The notes beneath the pieces are model-generated. The model was given only the letters and a program-made list of their open reading frames with translations, was not told the origin of the DNA and did no database searches. Below are positions 38,734 to 50,639 of a DNA stretch of 64,000 bases, one piece after another. A program made the translations under genes and the position numbers. Position 1 is the stretch's first letter. Each line of letters opens with the position of its first letter. Source of the DNA: Eukaryota sp. GEM-RC1. Lineage: Eukaryota. The stretch covers positions 620,001-684,000 of the forward strand of contig JAUFOQ010000006.1 of the NCBI GenBank assembly GCA_040285855.1, written 5' to 3'.

Positions 38734-39252
38734 ATGATGAAACATGTTCTCGCTATTGCGATGCTTATTATCCTGACATACGCTGGCTGCCGTTGTCCCA
38801 ATACTTGTGGAACTGGATATCATGGGTCCCGTGCTGATTGCTTCTGTTTTTGCCAGAGACAGGCTTACTTCCTACAAGTATCACCTAATGCCAGATGCAC
38901 CCATTACGAAAAAGCGCCATTTGTCCCTGGTGGATGCTCCTTGTGCGATTCCACCATCAGTACGGCATCTGAAACTTCTACTACTGAGATCTTCGAAAAA
39001 AGCCTTTCAGATGCCTTTTTGGGGATCACAGTCAACGACGAAATGATTTTTCCTTTACGTCAATGTAAGTGCTACGATATAACTTGCGATAGGGGTTTTT
39101 CTGGCACCCTCAACCAGTGCATTGCTTGGGCTAAAACCCACGCTTCCAGTTTCTTAAATGGACAATTTACGTATACCTATTTCCCTCATACAATGTGGTC
39201 TACCGGAGGTTGTAGTGTTTGCGGGCTTACTGATCCTTGTAAGTGGTTTTAG
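38734..39252 (+). CDS. Secreted cysteine-rich protein with two internal homologous domains
   Basis: Signal peptide MMKHVLAIAMLIILTYAG; two CxC...C..G..G....C...GGCS.C units. Confidence 0.75.
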   Translation: MMKHVLAIAMLIILTYAGCRCPNTCGTGYHGSRADCFCFCQRQAYFLQVSPNARCTHYEKAPFVPGGCSLCDSTISTASETSTTEIFEKSLSDAFLGITVNDEMIFPLRQCKCYDITCDRGFSGTLNQCIAWAKTHASSFLNGQFTYTYFPHTMWSTGGCSVCGLTDPCKWF

Positions 39253-39451
39253 TTTTGTAAATTCTATAAAGTCGTAACTCTGTTGGCCTTAAGAAAAGAA
39301 TCAACTTCCATGTTCTAGAGGATCTGATGATTGCAAAAGGATCGTTTTGGACGTACAAATCTAGTCAGTGCTTACAGGCACAGCTGTTGAATACAAACAC
39401 TATGTAATATACATAGGCAGCAATGCAAAGATACACAAGAAAACTTTCAAG

Positions 39452-39529
39452 TGTTGGTCTTTGGTACCATGTAAAGAGATAAAGTGAATTTATTATACAA
39501 TTAAGTCCTGATGAGTCATGACACTAACA
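39452..39529 (-). repeat. 3' LTR (78 bp)
   Basis: Identical to 45619-45696. Confidence 0.95.
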
Positions 39530-42500
39530 TTACTTCTTCCCCTTTTTCGAGGACCTAGTCCTCTTAGCAGGTGGAGTAGTGAGAATGACGGAATTAGGAG
39601 TGTTACTAGAGTTTGGGTTACGATTACGACTACTTCTAGGTTTACCTTTAGGTTTAGATTTGGGTTTGACGTGAGGGTTTAATTTAATAAAACTTGAGTA
39701 AGCCTTAGTATTCTTTACCAGACTCAGGGGTTCCTCAGTAGTATCACCATCGAACCATACGACGGAACATATGGGACCCGTAGGAGAATCACGTTGATCG
39801 AGGATCTCAGTGATGACCATTTCTTCAGAGTCAAAAGATGCCACTGCTTTGTGGAACTCGTCGGAGGAGGGTTTGTCAGAAAGGTACTTGGTGCATAAAT
39901 GAATGCTAGAGCGGAAGCGATGTCCAGTGACAAAGTTCTGCAGTTCAAGCGAGCTTTTGGAAGGTATATCAATGACGAGGTACGGTCCTTCTTGTTTGCC
40001 ATGTAGCTTCTTAGCTGCTTTGTTACTTCGTAGTACTAAGTCACCGATAGCAAATAGCGAGGGGGTATCGACTGTAGTAATGGAAGATTTGATAGATGAT
40101 TGGGTAGTTTCTGCTTCTTCCCGTTTTTTCCAAAATTCTCGTTAATTTTGATTGGTAATCAGCTAGAAATGAATCTTCTGAGATCTGGTTCTGAGTGAGG
40201 CAAGATATGATTTTACTCGGATCACTACCAGGGCTGGTGTCAGATCCAAACATCAATTCGTACGGTGTAAAGCCGGTTACTCTACTCTTCGTAGTGTTTA
40301 CCAGCAGTTGTACTAATGGGATGTTTTTACTCCAGTTGTCATAGTCATTGAAGTCTATGAGCATCTTTCGTAAAGCTTGTAGGATGTCTCTGTGTCGTCG
40401 TTCAACTAAACCGTTGCTAGGAGAGTAACTAGGAATAGATTTATTAGTTGTGATGTCAAATTGATTGCAGACGTCAGTTAAGACGTGATTAGCAAATTCT
40501 TTGCCATTGTCACTATGAATGATATCTGGAATGCCGAAGATGGCGCAAACGTTACACACCAACGAATATGCTGTTTCGTGATCATTCAGTTTCTTTAGTG
40601 GGCATAGGATTGTGAATCTGGTGAAGGAATCTATGAACACTAGTAAGTAAATGTTTCCCGATGTGTCAGTGGGAAGTGGTCCTATAGTGTCGACGTTCAT
40701 CTTTGCAAATGGTTTGTCGGACCACAAATTACCCGAAGATTTGATAGTTGTTTTGACAAGGGGAGCTGTCTTTTGACAAGCTGGACATTGCCTGCAGTGA
40801 GTTTTCATGTCGTTGATCATGCTGGGCCAGAAGTAGTCACTAGATTTTGGCCGATCAATGCTATCTTTAATGCTGGGGTGACCTGCATGTGGAAAACCGT
40901 GTAAGTGGTTCAAAGTGGTTTTCACCAAGGCACTTGGTATCAATATCTTGTTGTGGCTATTCATGTATAGCTGGAACTCTTCATTAAACCAAGTAGACGG
41001 ATGTTGGAATAATGGATCGTTATTTTTGATGGCTTCTACTTGTGTAGAGCGTACTTTCGAAAGCCAAGCATCGAGTAACTTCGATTTGTTGATGAGAGCA
41101 TCGTCAATCATGTTGATCCTCTGTTGATAAAGTTTGATATTCTGTATCCTCATCAGTAGGACATAGGCTATCGGTTATAGAGAACAAATGCTCGGGACAG
41201 TTTGTGACTATGTTGTTTATAGACCCTGTTGGTACGTCTTTGATAACGTTGCGTGACAACATGTCAGCCCAATGGTTGTCTTCGCCACTAGTGTGGACTA
41301 TAGTGAATAAGTATTCGCTGAGAATAGGGATCCATCTTTTGACCATCCTATTCTTTTCAGGTGCTGAGATTAAGTAAGCAAGGTTCTTATGATCTGTGAA
41401 GATCGTTAGTTCTCTGCTGATAAGGTATGATGACAGTTGTGATTCCGTTGAAATCAGGAGAATGGCGTACAATTCCTTTTGGATCGTGGCCCAGTTAGTC
41501 TGTGAGTAGTTTGCTGTAGAATGCTAGTGGTTCTACTTTGCGTTCGTTCAGTGGAGTTCCCTAAGGTGAGTGAGGGGGTGCATTCTAGCCAGACGACACC
41601 ACCTACGGCGATATCGCTGGCGTCTGCGCTAATCAGTATGCGTCTGTCTTTGTCTGGTTGACATAGTGGCATGTGATTCATTATCCTCTTCTTGATTTCA
41701 TCAAAATTTAATTGAGTTTGAGGTGTCCAGTGAACTGTTCGTGCATTGTTCTTTACTAAAGCTATTATGGGAGCTAGTAGGTCAGAAGCATCTGCTATGA
41801 AATCTTTGATGTAGTTGATTGAGCCGACGAAACTTCGAACTTCTTTGATGGTGGTCGGTGTTGGTATGTTTACCAAAGCTTCTACACGTTCCGAATCTAT
41901 TCGACGAGTGTTGTCGATGTATTCGCAACCTTAGATAATTATAGGATGATTCTTTGTTATGAACTTGCACTTGTGTAAGCCATGGTTGACTCTATAAAGT
42001 TGAGCTCTCTCAAGAACGAATTTTATTCTAAATAAGTATTCATCGAAAGTCTTAGCGACTGTGATGATGTCATCGATGTAAATGAATATACCTTCGTGGT
42101 CGAAAATATCCATCATCAAGTTTTGAAAGATTGCTGGTACGTTCTTTTGGCCAAAACAAGCTCGTTTAAATCGAATGGCTAGGCCGTGGATGACTAGAGT
42201 TGTCTTGTCACGTTCGTGATCCGCAGATTCAGTTGCCAAAATGCTTTTGGCAGGTTGAGAGTGGCTATGTAATTAGTTTCACTTAGAAATTCTTGTATGT
42301 CTGCGATTCTCGGTAGATTCGGTTCGACAGTCTTAGTAAGTTCATTGATTCCTCCAGTACCACTGAAGTCACCCGTAAGTCTAGGCTTACGATGATCGGG
42401 GTAGACCACAAGTACTACTGGGGAGCTGAATTTTCCGTTGGGATTAGTATACTCAGCGTATCCCAAACGGACTAGTTCATGAAAAGTTTCTTCGGCTATC

Positions 42501-45500
42501 CTTTGTTTGACAGGATTAAGCCTCCGAGGTTTTCGTTTCACCGTGGACTCTTCATCGTGGAAGTCAATTGTCATCGGTGAACAATCGATGCCATCTTTGT
42601 GTGGAACGGAATCGAAGATAGTTGAGAACTCGCTAAGTAGGTTCAGTAAACGATTGGTTCTGTCATCGTCATCTAATTTGATTGAACAGCCGGAATCATA
42701 AACAAATTTATTGAAATCTGTATTGTCTATAATAGAAGAGCTATTGGGCATAGATATGTTGGAGTCGAACTCAGACTCGTCGTTGCTATGAGCTAACATA
42801 GTTTGTTGAACTGGGATGATTAGTCCCTCTTCAGTCAGTAAACCTAACTGCTTCATGAGATCAATACCTAACAAATATTTGTTGGATCCAGGGATGCTAG
42901 GTAGAGTCTTCGTCACAGATGTTAGGTGTGACACCTTACTGAACTTGAAGGTCAAGATCCCGTGGGCGCTACCCAGTGAGTGAGATCTGACGTTGTTTGC
43001 TGATGTGAAGTGAACCTTCTTGTTGATGAAAGTCATTGAACATCTATCGACCAGGTCTTGTGTGATGACGGACATTGATGCTCCACTGTCCCATAAACCC
43101 TGAATCGAAACACCATTGATGGTCAGACTGCAACTGAGGAATGGTGGTGGATCCTGGTGATCGATAATGCTGAATATCGAATTCAGGCTTAGTGAGTTCG
43201 TACCACTCGAATTACTGATGTTGTGGAGTGGATTTGCGTATGGATTATGTGAATTCGACGATGATGTATTGTTGTGAATATGGTTTATATGTTGAACGTT
43301 ATACTTACTATATTTATTGTGTTTACGTGAACTATTACTACGAGAGGGAGGTTTCTTTGCCTCAGATCGTGGAAGGCGTTGATCAGCGGGAAGTTCACTT
43401 CTACGGCAGTCAGGGTGATTACAGTGAATGATCTTATGATCAAAAAAATCACAGAAACTGCATTTGTTGGGGTCTTTCTCAGTTGGGTCTTTCTTCTCGG
43501 ATCGGTTCTTCTTTTTGAAGGAAGGGGATGGAGAAGGAGCAACTCTTTGATCAGTTGATCAAAGTTTGTGACCGGCGGAAGTAGAGAAAGATTTGGTGGC
43601 TGATCTCTGCATAGCTTTGGGTAGGTCGTTCCATGAGTCTTTGTCTCGGTGGACTAGAATTTCAACGTCTTTCTATTCACGTTGAACATGTGCAGGGGGA
43701 GTGTTCCCATCTCTTACACCACGTGTTGTAGTGTTCGAGGGCGACGGCGAAGAACGTGTGGAGGTCCTTGGAGTCTTTGTACTTCTGGCCAGAGGGTTAG
43801 GTAAACGGAGGCGATACCGACATTCGTGAGTAGGGCTTTGATGATTACTCTTTCTTCGAGACTCGAGTAAACATTGGCCTTTGAAGTGCGCATCGGTGTA
43901 CTGCGATTTAGGATTTTGTCGAAACGTCTAATAAAAGTCCAGCCATCGGTCTTCATGGTCTCTAATGTTCCAGTTCATAACTACTTCATTGATCTTGTTC
44001 CTTGCTGTGATGTATTCTCGGAACTGTGTTCTGAGAATGATTTCAATAAAGAGGTTGCGGTGATCTTTCGTTGTTTTGCCTAGGTAGGACAATTGTTGTT
44101 GAACTCGGAAGTCTATCAAACGGGGAACCCATCTCGTGTCAGCGTCGCTGGCGGCAATACGGCCAATGTCGAAGAAAAAAGTAGCTTGACCCAAAGGTTT
44201 GTCGGTCGGTTGCTTGTAATCCGGTTGAGGTAAGCAAAAGCTCATGTAGTCTCCAATCCAATAAATCATGACGTCAGGGTCGTCAAGAGTTTTAAGGACG
44301 GGAGGAGTAATTGATTTGTTTAGCTCACTGTTGATGTCCGAAGGTAGTCTTTCATTGAATTTCAGTACCGAGTATGGTGTCTGAATTGGAGGAGGATTAT
44401 CCGACTGAGAGGGAGTGTGAGGCTGAGCTTCTGGAGATACTGAGAGGGCTCTTACCCTTTGACGGATGTTGAGGTCAGCATGGTCTCGGGGTCCAAAAGG
44501 CAATAGAGCTGGGTCTCTGGGCATTGAGTGTGGAGAAATTCCACCTGTACAATTCTCCGATATTCCACCGGGACTATAAGGAGCGTCTTCAACCAAAGGT
44601 GGAACAGTGTCCGAAGGGTTGGAGTTTATCGCAGGGATGCTGTAAGACGGAACTTCTACATCTGCGTAACTGCTGAGATCGTCTATCTGTCTTTCAATGT
44701 CTTCTACTTGTTCTTTTGAAAACGGTGTTTTCAGCAGATTGTAGGCTTGGGGTGTGGTCACTAGAGAATTTACACGGTTCTTGTCCATAATAAATCCTAA
44801 GAGTTTCCCCCTGACTGTGCAGATAGTAGCAATCTCTGGGTAGAGATTGATTCTGTTGTTGAAATACCTTTGGTAGACTCTCTTGAGCTGTTTAGCCGGT
44901 TTGAGGAGAAAACTGTCTTTCTCGTATTCAAGGTAAGTCTCACCGTTGAGACGGGCTTGTGTTCTGAACTCTTGCCATTGTACGGCGTCGAAGTTCTGAT
45001 ACATTCTGCGTTCCGCTTCATGAATTTCTTTAGCCGAGGAACTCGTGGTTAACAAACCTGGGAGATTGGGATCTGTTCCAGGCATGGTAAATCCTAGTAC
45101 CGTAGTAGGAGGCTTTGGAGCCATTTTAGGTTTGTGGGAGTTCCGTGGAATTGGCTTGGGTAACGGCGAAATTGAAGGGCTGGAGGCAGGGTTTGTCTAA
45201 GGTGTGACGGTGACAGGAGACGTTTTCTTAGGAGGAGTATTTCTATCCGCCTTTCCTGAAGAGGGAGGGTATTCGTTCTCGACGGGTGGGTCGGTGACCA
45301 CCGGGGAGTATACAACTTGGTGAATGGTTTCCTCGGGAGGATGGTCATCTTCGAAAGAGGAGTTAGCAGGAGATTCGAGACCCTCGTCGAACTCCACCGT
45401 GTCGTCCCAAGGTTTCCCGTCAGGTCCCAATTCGGTGTTTGGGGGAGGGTTATCCTTGGATGCCAGGTCGGAACTGGGCTTAGTAGTACCTAGGTCGGAA

Positions 45501-45618
45501 CTAGGGTTATGAGTCTTGCCTAGGTCGGAACTAGGGCTTGGGTTAGTGTTGTTTCCAGGAGTGAAATGCTCCGGAGTACATACGCATTGAGACTCTTTAC
45601 AGAGGCCACAATAATTAT

Positions 45619-45696
45619 TGTTGGTCTTTGGTACCATGTAAAGAGATAAAGTGAATTTATTATACAATTAAGTCCTGATGAGTCATGACACTAACA
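45619..45696 (-). repeat. 5' LTR (78 bp)
   Basis: Identical to 39452-39529. Confidence 0.95.
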
Positions 45697-46146
45697 CAAG
45701 TACATAAACATAGACATAGACATATATAAGAGAGATTATCTATGTCTAATGAAATACAACTGACTTCATAAGCATTGTGTCGGTTTTTGTTCTTCGAATC
45801 ACTTTTTTTACCCAGGCTATCCTGCTTCTTTACGATAATCTTCACAAAACTGATAGGAGAAGTCCAATTAGACATTGTCAGCACAGTACCAATAGGTTAT
45901 ATTTGTTATTCAATGTGGAAGTTTGCCAGGCAAGTTAATGACATGTCATTGTGTGTACCAAAATAGTATTTCTGTACTCTATGTTCATTAAATCTACGAG
46001 ACTTTGTGCAGCACAAACAAACAGTTATCCTGAGTTATAATACATATTCATTTTCTAGAATAGTTCTTGTTCGACAATTTTTAAAGAATAGTAGGATAAA
46101 TAAATAAAATTGTAAACACACTACGAATGATAAAAGAAAAACTTTA

Positions 46147-48306
46147 TCAGCACCAGATTCGATCATTTACTTCGCTTCTCATAACAGATTGAGTTGTAGG
46201 ACTAATAACGTTACAATGAAAAGTGATTTCAGTAAGTGTAGAATTGGATTTTAGAGCTTCACTCAAGGCAATAGCACCATTATCCCCTATTGAATTTGAC
46301 TCTAGATTAATACAAGAGAGAGTCGTATTAACTTTGAACGATTCGCTCAAGGCAATGGTACCATTATCTGCTATAGAATTCTTCTCAAGATTAATATCTG
46401 AAATACTAGTATTAACTTTGAACGCTTCGCTCAAGGCAACAGCACCTCTATCACCAATACAATTGTGATTTAGATTAATCTCTGATATTTTAGTGTTCAC
46501 CTTGAACGCTTCGCTCAATGCAATGGCACCAACATCTCCAATAGAATTGTTCCCAAGATTAACTCTAGCAATTGCGGTGTTAACTTTAAACGCTTCGCTC
46601 AATGCAACGGCACCATTATCACCCATAGAATTATTCTCAAGAATAAGGTGAATTAGAGTAGAATTGAGCTTCAACATGTCAGCTAATCTCAAAACTCCTT
46701 CCACTCCAATTAAATTATTCAAAAGATTAATCCTAATAATTGTAGAATTAACAGTGAGTGCACTTGCTAATGCTGAGGCACCTTTTTTACCAATAGAGTT
46801 ATTCTGTAGGTCGAGAAAAGTAAGTGTAGAGTTAACTTTCAGTGCATTTGCAAATGCTACGGCTCCTTCTACACCAATAGAATTGGACTGCAAATCAATT
46901 TCAATAACTGAAGAATTAATTTTCAAAGCTTCTGCTAATGCTATCGCTCCTTGCGCTCCAATAGAGTTTGACTGGAGATAGATCACATCAACAGAAACAT
47001 TAACCTTCAACGCATCAGCTAACGAAACTGCACCTTCAGTACCAATAGAGGTACGTGTTAGGTCTAAAACACCAATGGTAGAATTCGATTTCAAGGCATT
47101 TGACACAGCCAGAGCACCCTCAACTCCAATAGAGTTATAGGAAATGTTAAGCTCCATCAGCGTTGAATTTGACTCTAACGCTTTAAACAATGCCACCGCA
47201 CCTTCAGCTTCAATTGAGTTAGACATTAGATTGATCTTAGTCAGGGATTCATTTACTGATAAAGCTTCTGCAAATGCTACTGCACCTGCACTTTCAATAG
47301 AACTGTTGAACAAACTAATATCAGTAATAGTTTCATTATCTTTCAACGCTTCAGCTAAAGCCACTGCTCCTTCAACGCCAATAAAGTTATACCCTAGATT
47401 GATCTTCTTAAGAGTAGAATTCCCACTCAAAGCTTCCGCTAAAGCCACTGCTCCTGCATTTGTTATAGCGTTAGCACCAAGATCAAGCTCGGTAAGACCA
47501 GTGTTGACTTTCAGTGCACCTGCTAATACAATTGTGCCTGTGTTTCCAATAGAATTTCCCAAAAGCTCAAGACAACCAACACTTGTATTGACTTTCAAAG
47601 CCTCAGCCAATGCCGTTGCTCCTTCAGTATCTATATCGTTAGTGGGAAGGCGGAGTTCTTTAAGAGTGATATTGTTCTTGAGATGTCTGCAAAAGGACTT
47701 AAAGGACGGATTGGAGGGAATCTGGACATAGAGGTGTTTAAGGTGTGGTAGATAATATGTGGAAGAGTTGCTTAGAAATTCAAAGCTCAGATAAGCTGAT
47801 TTTAATCTTAATCCTGTGATGACGTGAGAATAATTGAGAAAGTCCGTGACTGCAAAGGAATCATGTGCATCCAGGAATACAGAATGAGGTTGAGTGTCAA
47901 AGAGGGAAGCAATGGAACAAAGTCGAGGAAGATCTTTAGAAACAACTGGAAATGTACTTGTCTGGAAAAACAGTTTTACTGTCAATAAAGCGCATTCAAA
48001 GAAGGACTGGCTTACAAAGGCAACAATGTTGAAGAAGGAGCGTAGTTGATTTCGAAACTGACGAAAAGGTCTTTGAGGATCCCAGAAATTCTCTTTAAGA
48101 GATGATTCTGAAAGAGCTCTCAGTAGATGGGAATCGATCAACACTAGTAAGGATCGCTGAAAATGGATAGGATTGCAGATAGGTTCATCATTCAAGGTGT
48201 TTAATGGTGAAACTGTACGAATTGCGATGTTGGATGGCTGCTCTGTTTCTAAACTGCATTTGACTGTGTTTGCATCATTCAAAAGCTTTGAATGTTGTGG
48301 ATCCAT
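46147..48306 (-). CDS. RI-like leucine-rich repeat protein (NLRC3-like)
   Basis: ~18 28-aa repeats NSIGxxGAxALAEALKVNxxLxxLxL; intact 719-aa ORF. Confidence 0.9.
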   Translation of the reverse strand: MDPQHSKLLNDANTVKCSLETEQPSNIAIRTVSPLNTLNDEPICNPIHFQRSLLVLIDSHLLRALSESSLKENFWDPQRPFRQFRNQLRSFFNIVAFVSQSFFECALLTVKLFFQTSTFPVVSKDLPRLCSIASLFDTQPHSVFLDAHDSFAVTDFLNYSHVITGLRLKSAYLSFEFLSNSSTYYLPHLKHLYVQIPSNPSFKSFCRHLKNNITLKELRLPTNDIDTEGATALAEALKVNTSVGCLELLGNSIGNTGTIVLAGALKVNTGLTELDLGANAITNAGAVALAEALSGNSTLKKINLGYNFIGVEGAVALAEALKDNETITDISLFNSSIESAGAVAFAEALSVNESLTKINLMSNSIEAEGAVALFKALESNSTLMELNISYNSIGVEGALAVSNALKSNSTIGVLDLTRTSIGTEGAVSLADALKVNVSVDVIYLQSNSIGAQGAIALAEALKINSSVIEIDLQSNSIGVEGAVAFANALKVNSTLTFLDLQNNSIGKKGASALASALTVNSTIIRINLLNNLIGVEGVLRLADMLKLNSTLIHLILENNSMGDNGAVALSEAFKVNTAIARVNLGNNSIGDVGAIALSEAFKVNTKISEINLNHNCIGDRGAVALSEAFKVNTSISDINLEKNSIADNGTIALSESFKVNTTLSCINLESNSIGDNGAIALSEALKSNSTLTEITFHCNVISPTTQSVMRSEVNDRIWC

Positions 48307-48314
48307 TATCGGTA

Positions 48315-48476
48315 ACTGAATTTCCCCTTACTACTTAGTAGTAATCTGTGCTTTTCATATAAAATGAAAACCCCAGAATTTCTTTTATAGATTAATCCAG
48401 ACTGAATTTCCCCAATGAATCCTAAGATTCAATAATTCTACAGATTCACTGTAGTACATAAAGGCTATGACTATGA
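48315..48476 (-). ncRNA. Candidate omegaRNA-like structured region: two hairpin-hairpin-GGGGAAATTCAGT modules
   Basis: Immediately 3' of the Fanzor stop; 13-nt direct repeat at 48315-48327 and 48401-48413; four short hairpins. Confidence 0.4.
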
Positions 48477-50600
48477 CTATGACAAATAACTGGGTCTAAT
48501 TCCTAGACCCCGCTCCAAATGATGCTCCACAATTGTCTTGATGTTGATACATGCTAACTTGTTACGATTCCAAACCTTGGCGCTACCATGACATTCTTCT
48601 CTACATTCTTGGGACTTGCATCTCAACAAAGCGTGACACTTTACTAGAGGTTTCTTCTCTCTTTTCGATGGTCTTGGATTACTGATTTCTTTGAACACTT
48701 TGACTGGCCTCCAACAAGTAGGACACTTTGAAGACGTGTAACTCTCATCTACCAGAACAATATTGTAACCATTTCTCTTAAAGAAGTTTCTCCAACCCAC
48801 ACCTCTACTTGATCGGAGGTGTTTTAGGTTCTGCGTCTTATTAACATTGTCACCAAACATCAATACACAGCCATCTTTATTCCATCCTTTTGCAGTCATA
48901 TTTTTCAACAACTTACTTTCTGTTTTTTGAATATGGACATATCTTTGCATTTTTGAATGCGCCATATCATCAAACAGTAGTAGTCAAATGTTGATTCAAT
49001 AACTGTCAGTTTGGAACTCACATAGTCATAGAAGGTTTCATAAACGGTTGACTTCGAGTTTTCTTTGGATAATGTTGACTCTTCTTCTTCAACTGTCTTT
49101 CCATCTAGGAGAATAAATTCTTTTTTCTTTCCCCTTCTAAACTTTTGATGAACCCTTGACCATCTGGACCATTCTGTTTCTGTCAATCTTAGCCACTCAT
49201 ATTCTTTGTTTCTTCTTTCTCGGGCTTTTTGTTCAGGAAATGGCCTATTCACTTTCTCTGAACAAAAATAGAGTAAATCTGTTTTTCCAGGTTCAATAAA
49301 AACTTTTGTGTTCAATGAAAACTCTTCAACAACATAGTCTTGAACATATTCTTGTTTACTGGAGAACTTTGCACTGTCTGGTTTAAAGGACATTCCAACA
49401 CAGTCCTCTCTAGTAAGTTCAACACAAGCAGAGAAACCATCAGTTTTAATGGTATTGTTATACTTATAACCTTTCTTTAAAAATGGACGATTGAAGTTGA
49501 AAAAATGTGACCAGAATAAGTTTTGTTCAGCAGGAGACATGTGTTCAATTTCAACTTTTGTGTTCCACTCAGACATTTTCTTCTTGACATTCACTTGTTT
49601 TGTTGACAAAGTGGAACGTAATATTCCCCAAAGACCTTGTGTGTCTATTTCAAAGAAACCTGGTGTGACGTGACGAACAATAGGAATTACATTGTAAGCA
49701 CTTGCTCCTTCACTTTCAAGATAGTTATTTATTTGAATCGCAGATTTAATAAAGGATTGAGGATGTTCACGAACTGATGTTAGTAGAGATTTAACGACTT
49801 TCTTTTTATAAACACCATTAGCATTTTGAACATCAATTGACGGTGGGAAGAGAACATCAATAAAATATTTATCTCAAAAACAATCCTTCAACATAGTCGT
49901 TAGTTGCCCACAGAAGTTTAATTTTACCTGCAATGTTCAAACTTCTATTACTGTCGTCTTGAAGAATTTCTGTATTACATCTTTGAATAAATTGTTTTAT
50001 TTCTGCAGGGGTTTTTGGAATGTCATTTCTGTTACCTTCAAGAAAGACATTTTTAACTTGTCTAAGTCTCCAACAAAAAACAGACAGTTCTTTTTTTGAC
50101 ATTTTTTCTTCTTGATCAGTCTTTTGAAAATAAACATTAATAAATTTGTCAATTTATTGAGCATATCGCATTTAAATATTGGTGTCCAGATTCTCTTTAA
50201 TAGTTTCACCAACCATTGCCATAAGTCGTGAGGAATGACAGGCTGGAAAGAGTGGAATTCCACCATTGTTGAGCATTACTTGTTTGTATTGATTTATAAC
50301 AAATGTTCTCAAGTGTTCATTAAATGTAGGAGGTCGTCCTTGATTACATAATTCAATCTCATGATGTTCAGCAGAGATGTTTCTTAACAGAGTTTGAACA
50401 TGTTCAACTTCCTTCCTTGTATTTAAAGGTAATTTTTCACCATTCTTATCCATGTGTAATAAAAACAGCTTCAAACAATAGGAAGTGTGCATTCTAAGTT
50501 TGTGAACCAATTGAGCATAATAATCGAGTAATAACGTTAATCCAAAATGTTTGACAATAGACTTTAGTGTAGTTTTATGTGTTACAAAAGTTGGACGAAC
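48477..50600 (-). CDS. Fanzor (eukaryotic TnpB homologue, Fanzor1-like) domain of the polyprotein; RuvC-I D>E and RuvC-III D>N
   Basis: KTTLKSI...HTSYCLKLFLLH; NVIP....PGFFEIDT; IKTDGFS; IEPGKTDL; MFGD; VLVDESYTSSKCPTC; HALLRC....C; WNRNKLACINI. Two in-frame TAAs near 50150-50175 and two frameshifts. Confidence 0.88.
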
Positions 50601-50639
50601 GATTTTATTTGATTGAAACAATAAAAACAACTTCAATGC

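Larger units (their letters stand above)
39452..45696 (-). mobile_element. Full-length Ty3/Gypsy LTR retrotransposon with chromodomain (gag-PR-RT-RH-IN-CHD), disrupted
   Basis: Identical 78-bp TG..CA LTRs; 4-bp TSD CAAG; PR WDSGAS (~43090); RT YIDD; RNase H ADASD and TDH.NL; IN H..H..CxxC with D,D,E; chromodomain at 39530-39844; PPT AAAAAGGGGAAGAAG. Confidence 0.95.

Noticed and set aside
46223..47731. Plus-strand ORFs within the LRR gene, and similar antisense ORFs in SAS-6 and others
   Set aside because: These are antisense shadows with no independent motifs.
49860..49880. Euplotes-like +1 frameshifting at stop codons (AGA-TAA-A)
   Set aside because: This is the only clear case; most other shifts are -1 and lie in homopolymers upstream of the stop.
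50150..50175. TAA/TAG reassigned to Gln (would read through the Fanzor, kinase and gag stops)
   Set aside because: Conserved host genes end at TAA (aminotransferase) and TAG (SAS-6), and long ORFs lack internal TAR codons. Point mutation explains these stops better.
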